Positions 48,692-60,732 of a stretch of 64,000 bases of DNA are shown in pieces. The stretch is from contig BQFW01000003.1 of NCBI GenBank assembly GCA_020891255.1, forward strand, positions 434,001 to 498,000, written 5' to 3'. The translations under genes and the position numbers were made by a program. Under the pieces are notes generated by a model that did no database searches, was not told the DNA's origin, and saw nothing but the letters and a program-made list of their open reading frames with translations. Position 1 is the stretch's first letter; every line of letters starts with the position of its first letter. This DNA is from Entomortierella parvispora E1425. Lineage: Eukaryota > Fungi > Mortierellomycota.

Positions 48692-49336
48692 CAACAACAA
48701 CAACAACAGCAACAACAACAACAACAGCAACAACAGCAGCAGCAACACCATTATCACCATCAGCAGCAGCAATATCACCCTTATCAATATCAACCTTACC
48801 CGCAAACACATCCCAAGCGGGGTAAGAGCGATCCAACCTCTGGACAAAGGCGACCCTCTTCTGGAGCGAATGGACATTCGCGTCATAGCTCCATGTCCTC
48901 CGTCCACAGCAACACGTCTATGATGCTGGAGCTGTTGCAAGCGACGTCGACGACATCATCCCCCTCATCTACGGCCTCGCCTTCTTCAGACTCTTCCATG
49001 CCTTCTCCCAAGGGCAAGGGTCATGGCAACCACAACAACCGATCACAGATGGACACGATCGAGAAGCGAATGCACCCCTGCACATTCGAGGGCTGCGACA
49101 AGTCCTTCACCCGAGCCTTCAACTTGAGATCACACCTCAACACCCACAACGGTGAAAGGCCCCACAAGTGCACAGAGGAAGGCTGTGAATGGGATTTCGT
49201 GAGACGCCATGATTTGGATCGTCATATCAAATCCAAGCATATGGCCAACAAGCCCTATGCTTGCAAGCAATGCACCTCTCGCTTCGGAAGGAGCGACGCG
49301 CTACAGAGGCATCGTCGTCTGGAGAATCATATCTGA
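47249..49336 (+). CDS. C2H2 zinc-finger transcription factor, three fingers with Crz1/CrzA-like recognition helices, polyQ tract
   Basis: Intronless 695-aa ORF with fingers CTFEGCDKSFTRAFNLRSHLNTH, CTEEGCEWDFVRRHDLDRHIKSKH and CKQCTSRFGRSDALQRHRRLENH; TGERP-like linker NGERP. Confidence 0.9.
48650..48745 (+). repeat. CAG/CAA coding repeat, about 32 Gln
   Basis: Counted in frame within the zinc-finger ORF. Confidence 0.95.
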
Positions 49337-50895
49337 GTGAGACCGATTTCATCATTTTATTTTCTTTACTCCTCTATCCATTTCTGTTTTGTCTTTCCTC
49401 ATCATCGTCATCTTCCTCATTGTCATCTTCCTCATCGTCCATCATCCTCACTCTTGTAGATATCCACTCCAGGAAAAAAAGAAGCTTTTTTTTTTTTCAT
49501 TCACGTCTTTCTTTTTTGGTAGATCTTTTCTTTTCTTTTCCTCCCCCATGCCCCTGTCTTCCGATCGCTCTGCTCCCTATACCTGTAAATATATACCGCA
49601 TCTCTTTTTTTTTTTTATTATTTCCGTGGAAATGAATAAACACAAACGAAAAATGAAAAAAAAAAAATGTTAAAAAATAACTATCTTTACTGTGCCAATG
49701 CAAGGAGAGGCAAATGCGGCGTGCGACAGCAACGGCGGCGGCGGCGTCAGAGGGAGGGCGACGAGTGGGTCACAGTGGAGAAGGAGGGACAGGAATGAAG
49801 GGAAACCTTGCAACTTCATCGCATCTCCCGCGCGCGCGCGCCCTGAGCCAAGGTCCAAAGGGCCCAGGAACAGACCCAAAAAAAAAATTTCTCCTCGGAG
49901 GCTCACAGCCATCCAATTCATCTTCTGCTACTATGGAATTTTGAGCCGCAGTTTTGAATGTTTTTTTTTTTTTTTTTTTTTTTTTTTGCGTCTTTTTGTG
50001 AGTGTTTTTTTTCAATTGATGTTGACGCTATTTCGACTGTGACACGAACAGAAGGGGGGGAGGAAGGAATGGCCTTGGCAACAAACGGCACACGCACACA
50101 CACACCTCTGGTGTGAGGCCAATTACAAAAACATCGGCATGCTTTTTTTTATATTGTTTTGTTCTTTGTGTTGCTCCTGGCTTCTACCACAGAAAGGGCC
50201 AAAGGGCAATCTGGCGAAGGACTAAAACGTCCACCAGGACAGGCAGGTGGGGGGAAATGAACAGAAAATTGAAAGTCGAAGAGAGCGATCCTTGAAAAGC
50301 GCTAAAGCTACATCATTTCCCCCTCACTCCCCTAGGCTCTTCAGGGCAAAGCAAAGGCCAAAAGATGGAAAAGTCTGAGCGGGACGTTCGTTCTTGGCAA
50401 TTATTACCCTGTCATGATTGAGCATTAGATAGAGAAGAGATGGGATGCAGCTGCAGCAAGTCCCAGGCAAAGGAAAAAGTTTTGGAGTCATGACCAGATG
50501 GTGGCAAAAATATAATTCGATGTGTGACGACGATCGTCTGCATTGTTGAAAAAGGCTGCAGTTTCGATCGAAAGATGCACTAACACACACGCATGCACTC
50601 ATACACAACAAAACTGCGCAGGTTTTAAGCATGGACGAAAAGCCCCATCCTTAACATGGCACTCTTCCGACTGAACGCCTCCGCCTCCTTTTCTCCAGGT
50701 TGTGATCATTATATTTTATTTTATGAAAAAAAAGTATGCTTGGCAGCTTTGCAATGCGTTTCGAGAAACAAAAACAGGGTAAAGACAAAAGAAAGAGAAA
50801 AAGAAATATCATCAAGATGCGTCGTTTGGTTGCTGGGTGTGTATAGGTGTGGGGTGTGGAAATGGGATGGTACTCATGAAGGGTTGTGTTTGCCC

Positions 50896-53800
50896 TTAAT
50901 CCTCGATCAGGCTGACGAGCTCCTTTGTATACTTCGCAATATCAAAACTGGCACTGGCCATCTTCTGCTTCACGGCCTTGGACTCTGGGTCTGCTCCATG
51001 GGCCATTTCTGGCTCAGCCTCCACCTGCTCCTTCATTTCGTTCAACAAATCCAAGGAGTTCTCCAAGTCCTCCAAGACCATCTCACCCTGCGATCTCAGC
51101 TCGGCCGCCTGGGGTGAGGACATAGCCTCGGGAGAGGCCAACGTCAAACGGGTTGTGCGAATCACCTGGTCCACAACCTTGGTGATCTTGTCCGAAGCAT
51201 CCAAAATCTCGTCCGCGTCCGAGGAAGTTCTCAAAGATCCAATCAGTTTCTGGATCGAAGACACAATGAGACCGGTTTGAGTTTCGAGGTAGATCTATTC
51301 CGTCAAGAACAAAAAGAGATGTGAGCCAAAGCAGAGAGATCATTGACAATTTTCGGGTGACCAGGGCGAGCCACCCGTCGGCAGCCCTGAGCAAAAGAAA
51401 AAAAAGGTTACACTCTTGGATAAAATATTACCTTCAGTCGAGATGCCTCCATGGGCTCATCAGAGTTTCCAAAGTCCATGGAATCTTGATGACCATGCTG
51501 CTTGGAGTCTTCACCGTGGTGATCGCGGTCCATATGACTATCCTCGTGGTAAGGGTGGTTGCCATTCACATTCGCGTTGCTGTGGCCATTACTGCTGCTG
51601 TTCGCCTTGTTACCGCCACTGTGTTTGGGGACATTCACGATATCCATTACGATTGCCTCCAACTGATCTGCTGAAGACTCCAACTCTGTCAATGTCCTAT
51701 CGAACTCCTCCTCATCCTCGTTGAAAGCGTTGGAGTGGACCTTGGCCGCCGTCATCAGTTGTGTCAATCCCGAGGAAAGTTCCTGCTTCAAGTCTGCAAA
51801 GCTATCGTCATTTAGCATATCGTGCTCATAGTCTTCGACATCTTCCGTGACAGCCTTGCAGGCGATCACGACTGACTTCATACCAAGAAGGACAGCAGAG
51901 GATGATTCCGATCTAGAAGAGTCAATTTAGCATTAGCATGACATTCAGAAATGAGAAGACACAAACATACCATATAGTGGCTGATAAATTTTTACCTTCC
52001 GGCAGACAGGAGATCATCGATGGCATCGCGGAATGTGGTTAAGCTGCTCTGGTGGATGACCGAGTCAGGGTTGACGAGTGTACTATCGCGAACCTGTTGG
52101 CGACCTTGGTTCCAGTCGTCGTCCTCCTCCTTGGCACGGTGATCATCCTCATGGTCGAGGTCAGAGTGTCCATTCACAGACTTTGGCTGGTTGCCCATGG
52201 TATGAAGTCCGTTGGCTGCAGAGCTGGTAGGGGCGGCCGCTGGTACCACGGGGGTTGGGGTATTCTCGTGAGTTACCACTGATCGTGCAGCAAGAGCGCT
52301 GTTCTCTTCCTGAACTCTCTTGTGGTTTTGAGTGGCGTCTTCAAGATCAGCCTTGAGATCACTGTTTTCATCCTCAAGCTGCTTGATACGGTTGTATGCC
52401 AACTGAAGCTCTTCCTCGGCATCCAAGTGGTGTTGCTTAATGGTCTTCATCTCCATCACAAGAGATTTCACCTCCTGGTTCACCATGTCAACAGTCTGCG
52501 CGAAATATGAAGTCATCACATGTTAGAAATTGGTGGCAAATTCAACATTGCTACCATCCAATGATCTAATGAAACATACCTCAAGCTGAGCATTATAATC
52601 GTTCTGGACTTTGTTGTATTCCACTTGCAACTTTGTCAGGCGAGTAGACTGTTCGTTGTACATTTCAGTCTGCTTGGCCAACTGACGCTCCACCTGTGAG
52701 AGACGAGATCCTTCTGGTCGGTTGATAGCATCGCCCACCTCACTCTCCAAATGCTGAAGTCGTTTGCAAAGGGCAGCAATGCGGGTTTCATATTCTTGTT
52801 TTGACGCATCCGATGTCTGTATGGATGTAAAACCGTGGTCATAGGCCTGTTAGGATCTCATGATCTAATATCAGAATTAAACGTGTATGCTCATTTAAAC
52901 CTTGACTTACAGAGTTGGTATCGATTCCGAGGCCGTTCAAAGAACCCCTGGTCTCGTTATCAGAGCCCTTATTAGGAAGTCGAATGAGCTCATTGTCTTG
53001 CTTCTTATCAGAGGGGTTGCCTTTGGTGTCCGGGCTGTCCTTGACAATATTTCCAAGGTCAGCCATCAAACTATCCAGGCTAGCAAAGTTCACACTGCCG
53101 TCCAAAGCAGTGGGGGGAGCCTGTTGTTGCGACGGCTGTTGATTACCAGGGGCACGGTAATATGTCTCTTCCTCGGCGTTAGAGCTGTCCTGGATGGTGA
53201 AGGTGGCCATGTTGGGCACAACACTCGACTGCTGCACCACAGGTGTCGTTGGCTCACGCTCATGGCGGTCCTGACGATCCCGCTCCTGGTAAGTTGATGC
53301 TGGTGGTGGCGGTGCCTGAGACAAAAATTCTTTCTCCTCCAGGGCTTTCAGCTAATTCAAGTTGTTGTAACGGATCAGTCATCCAGCAAGGTATTTGGTA
53401 TGACCATATACGGATCTCTGGTCACGGCAAGAGACTTACAGGGAACATCTCCATGAGGGTAGGGAACTGACGCTCCAACTGCACATAGACATCACTGGCA
53501 AGATCCTTGAAGCGATTCTGAGGAAGGGTAGCCAGCTTTTGACGAGCCTGGTTCCGCTTGGGGTGATAGTCGTCCCTGACAGCCAAGAAAGGCACTAACG
53601 TTCCAAGTCAAAAAAGTCCAACAAATTAAATGGTGAACGGAAAGCTCTCGAAATTTTCTTCCCAGACTCTCGGCATGCATGCACCGCGCTCCTTATGGAT
53701 AAGAGCAATGCTCAAAAGAAGATGACCGGGGCGGATGGGGGGCAAAAAAGCAACAAAGTCTGATTCTTCATCTGCTCAACTCTTGCTCTTTCTCCCAAAA

Positions 53801-54662
53801 AGTCGCACATAAGTTCCCGTTATCTGTCGACTCTTTTTTTTTTTTTTTTTTTTTACCTTGAACGGTATCTGTCCTGCGCTTCAGTTCATCATAGACATCT
53901 GTCGAAAGGTCCTGAAGCTGATTCTGCAAGAGTCTCGACAACTTTTCTCTAGCAGCAATGCGCTGCTCGCTCACACCATGTTTTTCTATTTAAAAAAAAG
54001 AAGGTCCAAGGTTGAGAAAAAATATATTAATAAACGATAGTGGTTTTTTTTTTTGGACCCCCAACTGGACTCGGCTGATCAGACACGGACAAAAAATAAG
54101 AGAGAGGGCACACAGACTCGCACAATAAAGAGCAGAAAAAGTGCGGAGACAATGTTGAAACGCTCCAGGTGCGCCACTGCATGTCGCCACCTCCTGTTTG
54201 ATCCGAGATCCAAGCCCGTTTCTTTCAACGCTCAAGAGAAAAGGCAAAAGTGGGTGCCTGCTTACCTTTCAGAATATGGGCCAGGAGATAGGACTGAAGA
54301 GCCTCGTAATGTCTCGCAGCAATTTCCATTACATTGCCAGCAGCAGAGCCGGTTGCAGGCGAGGAGGGGTTGGATCGTTGCTGCTGTTGAGACCCCTGTC
54401 CTGGCTTGGTGTTGATGTGCATGCTAGGACTGATGGGGGATGAGGGCTGGGGAGAAGTAGAGCGGTTGGTGGCCGAGAGCGAAGAAGGGGAAGTGGCGGC
54501 CGAAGGATGATAGGGTCTCTGAGGAGTATACCCCTGTTGCTGCTGTTGTTGTTGTTGTTGTTGTTGCTGGCTGTTTCCTTGCTGGAGATAAGGAGACTGC
54601 TGCTGCGGCTGCCACTGAGAGCTGGGCTGCTTTCGAACCTCTGGGTGGTCACCTCTGTTCAT
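50896..54662 (-). CDS. SPA2: Spa2/GIT-like polarisome scaffold
   Basis: Multi-exon gene. Two Spa2-homology repeats (AREKLSRLLQNQLQDLSTDVYDELKRR; RNQARQKLATLPQNRFKDLASDVYAELERQFP), central coiled coil and GIT-type C-terminal helical domain ending ASFDIAKYTKELVSLIED. Confidence 0.88.
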
Positions 54663-55304
54663 GATGAGGATCCTGGTTCGGTCAGGAGAAGGACGTGAAT
54701 GTGAAGAAGAGATGAAGTCTTGTCCAAATGCGAAAGATGATCGGTCGAGAAAACAGACAAACAGACAAGAGTCGGATCCAGATGGAGGGAGAGAGGAGAA
54801 GGGAAGGGAAGGAAGGATGAGAAGAGAAGAATGGGATGCAAAAGAGGAAGGAGAGGATCGAGTCGGATGGTTCAAGCGGCAAAGCGAGTGCGTGCGTGCG
54901 TGCGTGCGTGCGTGCAAGAGAGCCGGGCGAGGTGAGAGGTGTGAGGTGACAGGAGAAGGAGATGGGAGTAGGAGTGTGATTGATTGATGAAATGGACAAA
55001 TGAACAATGAACTCTATTTCCGCCTGCTCTTCAATCACAGGCTGGCAAGGGCAAGTCAACATAGCCACACTCGTCTGTCTGTCTGTCTGCCTGTCTGCCT
55101 GCTGTCTGCTGAGGTGAACGATGGCGGGGTGGACTGATTGGACTTCGGAAATGAACGTTTGCCTCTCTTTTCCTCCTGGTCCTGCAAGTAGACACTCACA
55201 CAATCGTAAGCATGGGCCGCGGTGGCGTCTATCTTTAAAAGACCACTAGTGTATTCTAAGTACTCTATGAATAATCTCTCGTCAGGGTCAACCGCAGCTG
55301 ATGC

Positions 55305-56671
55305 TCATATCCGCCTTTCGCTGGCATCGCTGTCACTGCCCGGGTTGTCTTGCCCAATTTGCCCTGAGTACGAGACCGAGGGAGTTATTGTCGTCGTGGT
55401 CGAGTCGCTATCCAGTCCCGCGCTGCTGCCCTGTTTACTCTTGCCCATACGAGGCTCCTTCCGTATCGGAATCTTGATCCCTTGCTTGGCAAAGCACCTG
55501 GAGAGTGCCGTCGATTCTATTGCAAATCAATCCATGAACAGTTTAAAAAAAAAAGTCAAACAATGGTGATACCAAGGTGGCACCATTGTTTCCAATTTCA
55601 CAAGCGCGCTATGTACCTGTCATCCCTGGGAATTTTTTAGCCGAATATATTGTAAAAGGTTCGGAAAACGTGGTGGCTGTGATCAAGGAAGGAGGATCGT
55701 CAGGTCTAGATTGTTTGGAAGGGTCAGAAAAGTACAACACGTGTAAGCAGTCATATCCAATGCTTTGTTTGCAATGGCTCTCCTTCCCATCACGCTCAAC
55801 CTACGCTGGAGGAAGTGTGAATGAGAACTTTAGGGTAAAAGTGCCTTCACTCCGGACACTGATATCCTGAAAGACAAAATAGACACCGAGTTCGTTGTCC
55901 AGATTTGACAACAAGTTTCCAGAGGCTACAGTAGAGCCAGTGAGGTTACGACTGACCATTTGATTCTGCGAAACCAAGGTCATTACTGACATGCGCCCTC
56001 CCCCATCGCCAGCGGGCAAAGAGGGCCCATTGAACACTGGTCCCTGCGCAGGATTGGTGACAAGCGTACAGGGTGTAGTACGATCTGCAGAGTAAATATC
56101 TGCCATGACCATGTAAAAGTTGACATCCATTTGGCTATTTGTATCAAGGAAGGACAAAAGATGAACATGGCGTGCTGAACTTCTGTATACAGGGGTTCGC
56201 CCGCAACAATAGAACATCTACGGCCCTTCCAAGCCGCAGTGAAGTCTTTCTATCTTTGGTTTTATGACTCCGCACTACTACTGATCCAGTTCTATTGCGC
56301 CAGTGGAGCTCGATCAATGACTCTTTTCCTAGCTCACCCACCCACATACCTTACATCTGCCAGGGTCCCGTCTGTATTCCTGACTACCAACTTTAATATT
56401 GGGGGTGGATCCATGGGTCTCCGATCCTATTTGGAGATAATAGCAATTGGGGGTCAGATACGCAGTGATAGCAAAGATCAATGGCGCTTCATGGGTAAGT
56501 CGCGAGAGGAAAAAAAATTGAACGTCGAGGAGACGAAGGGACTTTTCTACCATTGGCACTTTGTCTCTGCTGGATCAACTATACCTTTTCGCCAAATCCA
56601 CACATTCTGGCGTGAATGGGGTTTTGCACCATCTGAAGCTCATATGTTCTGTTATAGGGTGATCGAGGCAT
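55305..56671 (-). CDS. Velvet-domain protein (VosA/VelB/VelC-like); start codon uncertain
   Basis: Five exons: RTYELQMVQNPIHARMCGFGEK / DRRPMDPPPILKL / RNLTGSTVASG..GVYFVFQDISVRSEGTFTLKF / FSEPFTIYSAKKFPGMT / ESTALSRCFAKQGIKIPIRK. ATG 56671 is the nearest start. Confidence 0.88.
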
Positions 56672-58678
56672 GATATTAACATGTGGAAGGGAACGATGGG
56701 TCGGATATGAAAGGAAAAAAAGGGCGGGGAAATCAGAAAAGAAAGAAAACTGGAGAAAACAGGTTCCAAGAGTGGCCGTTTTTATGTCTATTGTCCGAGG
56801 CTGAAGGTGATTTGGTCTTTGCCCGCTCTGGGACTCTGATCGGACAAAGTCACCCATCCTAAGTAAGATCGCCTGAGTCCACTGGCGCTGTGAATCCATG
56901 CCGCCCTTCTTGAAGTAACCAAGAACAAAGTTTAGACCGTTCGGCCTTGAAACGTTTTTGCTTTCTTCACTTCTCTTTCCAGTGCAACACTCTCCGCTGT
57001 TTACCGCGACAGTCCAAAGATCCATTCCTCGAACCCCCCTATCCTCATCCAGGTTTGACGATGCATTGTCACACGGTTGAATCATGAAAAGATGTCCGTG
57101 GTCTGAAACTTTTCTCCGTCCAAACAAAATGCCCACGCAATCATCCACTGTTTTGGTTCACGTACCTGTGCACCATTTATTAAATGGCAGGGTGCCTGCA
57201 ACTTTGGACTTCAGGCGAAACAGTTCTGGTTTGTCGGTGTAGGTAAAAAGTAATATCCAAGCCCGAGATCTTGGATAGAAGACACTATTAACAGGGACGC
57301 GTTTGGCTGCTGAAGGTGAGAGTAAAGGGCAGAAGATGAGTGGTCAGGATCTAACTAACAGGAGAGGCAAAGGATGCCCCAAGGAAGATACGCCAACGAG
57401 ACAGATGACGGAATGATCTACTCCAATGCAAATGCAAACCGCCCTGCTATTTACTGCCGACGAACATCCTGACACAGCCATGATCTTCACGCCGAATCCA
57501 TTTGATTAAGATACCGTCCAGATCACTGAGGTGCTTGTGCGCTTTCCATCTTGGATAAGTGAGTTACCACTGCCGCCAACGCACCAACCTCTGACTCGGG
57601 TGTTCTGAGGAAGCAATTCTCCAGTGGGCATACTGTAGTGGGAATACTCTCTCCAGCGGTGAGTGATTATTTTGAGTGGACAGTCCTTGAGCCCCTCGTT
57701 CAAAGTTGCATTCCCAGCGTCGTATCTGCAGCTCTAAGCTATAGCTCGCGGCCCATCCTTAGGGTGTGAAGGTCAAATCCATGGGGGAGTCTCTTGCTGC
57801 TGCATTAAGAAATGCATGGGTCGATTCGAGGTGAATGCTGTACCTGAAGAGAAAGAAAAAGACTGCAGCTCTTGTAGAGACTACTACGAGAGTGGCTACC
57901 TTTGATTGGAAGAGTGTAACGTTGGGGGATAGACGTTCATACAGAAATAATAAAGTCGGTGCAGGTCGTTCACGAAATGGATGAATGAATGGACGGAATG
58001 AATGAGGACGAAGTAGACAAAGCGAACGGTCAAAGAGAAAGGGCGAAAAAAGAGTACTCTGCAAATGTAACGGCAATCAACAACAGGTTGGCTGGAGGCT
58101 TTTCCAAATTTGAATAAGTCAACATGTTCCTCTCTCTCTCGCTCCAGTGGAGGCTGACAATACGCCCTTGGAAGGACTCTTCAAGGCAATGTCCATGCAT
58201 CCGGAGGTGGGTTGGAAAACGCAGCGTCGCAACTCACAGAGTGACCTTTCTCAGGGATGATCAATCTACCCCCCCACCACTCCACCCCTCCCCCTAGTTA
58301 TCAAACAATGCGGCAGCTTAACGTCTGGCCGAATGACCGAGTGAGGGCCTGGAGTGGCAACCTAGATCCACAAGCGCGCCGTTCTTTTCTACTCCACTGA
58401 CGTTGTGTTTTGACAAAAATGAGAACCCCCAATGTTTTTGAACCTCGAACTCCTTCCATCGTAGAAACGTCAATGTTGTGGCAAAAGGAAAGTGGCCCAT
58501 CCATGTAGACCCCTTTTTCCCTCCTTCCCCTGTTCACCCCATTCATGGCTTTCATCAAATCTCGATCTCTCTGGTTTCTGTTTGGCACAACCATGAACGT
58601 GAATCTGTGCGTCCAAAGGAAAGCTCCAAAACAATGGAAAATAAAGGAGGTTCAGTTTCTTTTCTTGACAAACTACTT

Positions 58679-60059
58679 CTATCGGACAATTGACAAACGT
58701 GGCAGTTCTAAGGTTTTCTCAAAGGAAGCACACAACTCCGTGAAACTGCCACGATCGGACAAGTCAGGGAGGGATAGGGCACATGGCACCTGATCAAGTT
58801 CACGTAGTAGATACTGGCAACTTGTAACAAAACAAAAATCTTGGGTGAGGGAGTCATAGACAATCAAAAAGGCAGATAAACAGGCGCAGAGTATGAAAGA
58901 ATATGGGGGCAGAAGGATTCTTCGAGGGCGAATGGAAAGACAGCCTTCCAGCACCACCAAGCTACACAACGCGAAAACGCGTGTCCAGAGACTGAAAGCT
59001 CCTCATCTCCACGTGGCTAATGGGCTGTCTGGGCTGCAAAGGAAGGGTAAATTCAGCATTCTCCCTACACAAGATATGTTACCACTGAGACCTTCAAAGC
59101 TACATAGAGCACTAAACACAACCGCCGCTAAGACTGGTCCAGACCCAGCTGCAAGGTCAATGGTGAGGCTACTCCTTGTCATCCATTATATTCTCCTTTC
59201 TCCTTCATTTGTCTCCTAGGGATGATGTTCTTGGGAGGATAGGTGGTGTTCATGGAGCAGTATTCTAGACCCAGGGGTTAAGTTGATTGCGATATGAAGG
59301 CTGAGATGGTACTATCCAGGATGGAGACTTTTATTTTGCAAGAGTTCCCACTACTTCAGAAAATCGTTCAGCTTGAATTTTTGGTGCCCACAAATGCAAC
59401 CTGATAAGAAAGCGGAGCGATTGCGGATTTCCGTAGAACGAAAGTAACGTTCCACAAAATATTGTTAATACCTTGCACCATCTGCTAGGTTTCGCCTTGT
59501 AACGATGAAGGCAAACTAATGCATTGAACTATTTCTGGTTCCTTTTCACCGAAGCATCGTAGGCAAATATTCCTCATTCGGTCCTCTTGAGCATACTCGC
59601 CTTCGATGCTGGCTTCGCATCTTGACCCCCAAAGGACAGATCACACACTTCGGTCTTCCCCGTAAACAGTTACTCACAAATCCATTTGCCGCCGTGAGAC
59701 TCATTGGGTTCGTGCGGATAGGTAAAGCTGGTTGCGAAATACCAAAGCCTGAACAAACCTAGGGTTGTTGTCAGGATAAGCTTGCATTTGTTTTCAGTTT
59801 TTCTTGCAGTTGTGGACTTGCTCCAGGGGTATTATGACCAGATGACCATAGTATCAAGATCGGTCGCCTCATGGATCACAGCTGTTGCTCTAGCCAGGAA
59901 ACCACCAGATGACCATAGTATCAAGATCGGTCGCCTCATGGATCACAGCTGTTGCTCTAGCCAGGAAACCACCAAAGAGTCACTCTAATCGAAACCTTCA
60001 TTGGTCAGGTGGTATGATAGGTTCCTCATCGTGTACTGCTGCTCTTGTGTGGAGGTCAT
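58679..60059 (-). pseudogene. Possible decayed coding sequence, family uncertain (weak resemblance to Leu-rich RNI-like proteins)
   Basis: Region lacks the microsatellites and homopolymers of other spacers. The minus strand gives protein-like fragments (LFGGFLARATAVIHE, LHLWAPKIQAERFSEVV, VLAAVVFSALCSFEGL) broken by stops and frameshifts. Confidence 0.22.
59837..59974. repeat. Perfect 67-bp tandem duplication
   Basis: ACCAGATGACCATAG...CAGGAAACC occurs at 59837-59903 and 59904-59970, followed by 4 further matching bases. Confidence 0.97.
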
Positions 60060-60732
60060 CGTTGAAAGCGATGAAGAAGATACGAAGACAGACAATTAGT
60101 GAGATTGTTGCTTTGAGAGTCATTGATGTTAAGATACAGATCGAAGGCGGCCGGAGGGTGGGGGGAATTATCAAAAAGCGTGAGTGAAAACGTGGGGACA
60201 ATTAACGATATCGTTGCTTGACAGTCTTGTATGTTGACATATAGATCAAAGGCGAACGGGAGGAAGTATCAAACAGAGAGAGTGAAGACGTGAACGAATG
60301 GCGTGAACAGGAACTTGAAGAAACACCAAAGAGGTGCGAGTCGCCTGTTGAATCGTTTGTGTCAACAAAGTTTTCTTTGAGGAGTTTGTACACTGAGGAG
60401 GAGGAGGGAGGATGGTTGCAGTCGTGTGGGAGCAAAACTCCATCTGGCCATCTCTGCTCTATCTTTAAACGGGCTATAACTCATGGAGATGAAGGTATGC
60501 CGCGTACTCACGGCCGTAGAATGGTTCTCACGCAAACATCATCCGCACGAAAGACCGCCAGAAATCATCGCGTCTAAAAAAATAAAAATAAACACGTGAC
60601 TACGTGACTGTCGCTTTGGTGTTTTGTTTTCTTTTTTTTTTTACCTCTGGCATATCAAGCCTCGTCATTGCTGACATTTCACTCTTGTTGAATCCATGGT
60701 CCCCCGCCTCTCAACATCACCTTCTCCTCAAC

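Noticed and set aside
47712-48940. Poly-Leu/poly-Ala/Val antisense ORFs over the zinc-finger gene
   Set aside because: Alternative-frame readouts of the CAG/CAA repeat.
50324-50632. 102-aa Cys-rich ORF with a signal-peptide-like start
   Set aside because: The hydrophobic/Cys pattern derives partly from GT repeats, there is no family motif, and it lies in the Spa2 3' flank; treated as spurious without expression data.
20568-53854. Homopolymer runs of 21-30 nt (20568, 27000, 34039, 38759, 49961, 53834)
   Set aside because: Located in introns and spacers on either strand, with no flanking target-site duplication or retro-element body; ordinary simple repeats.
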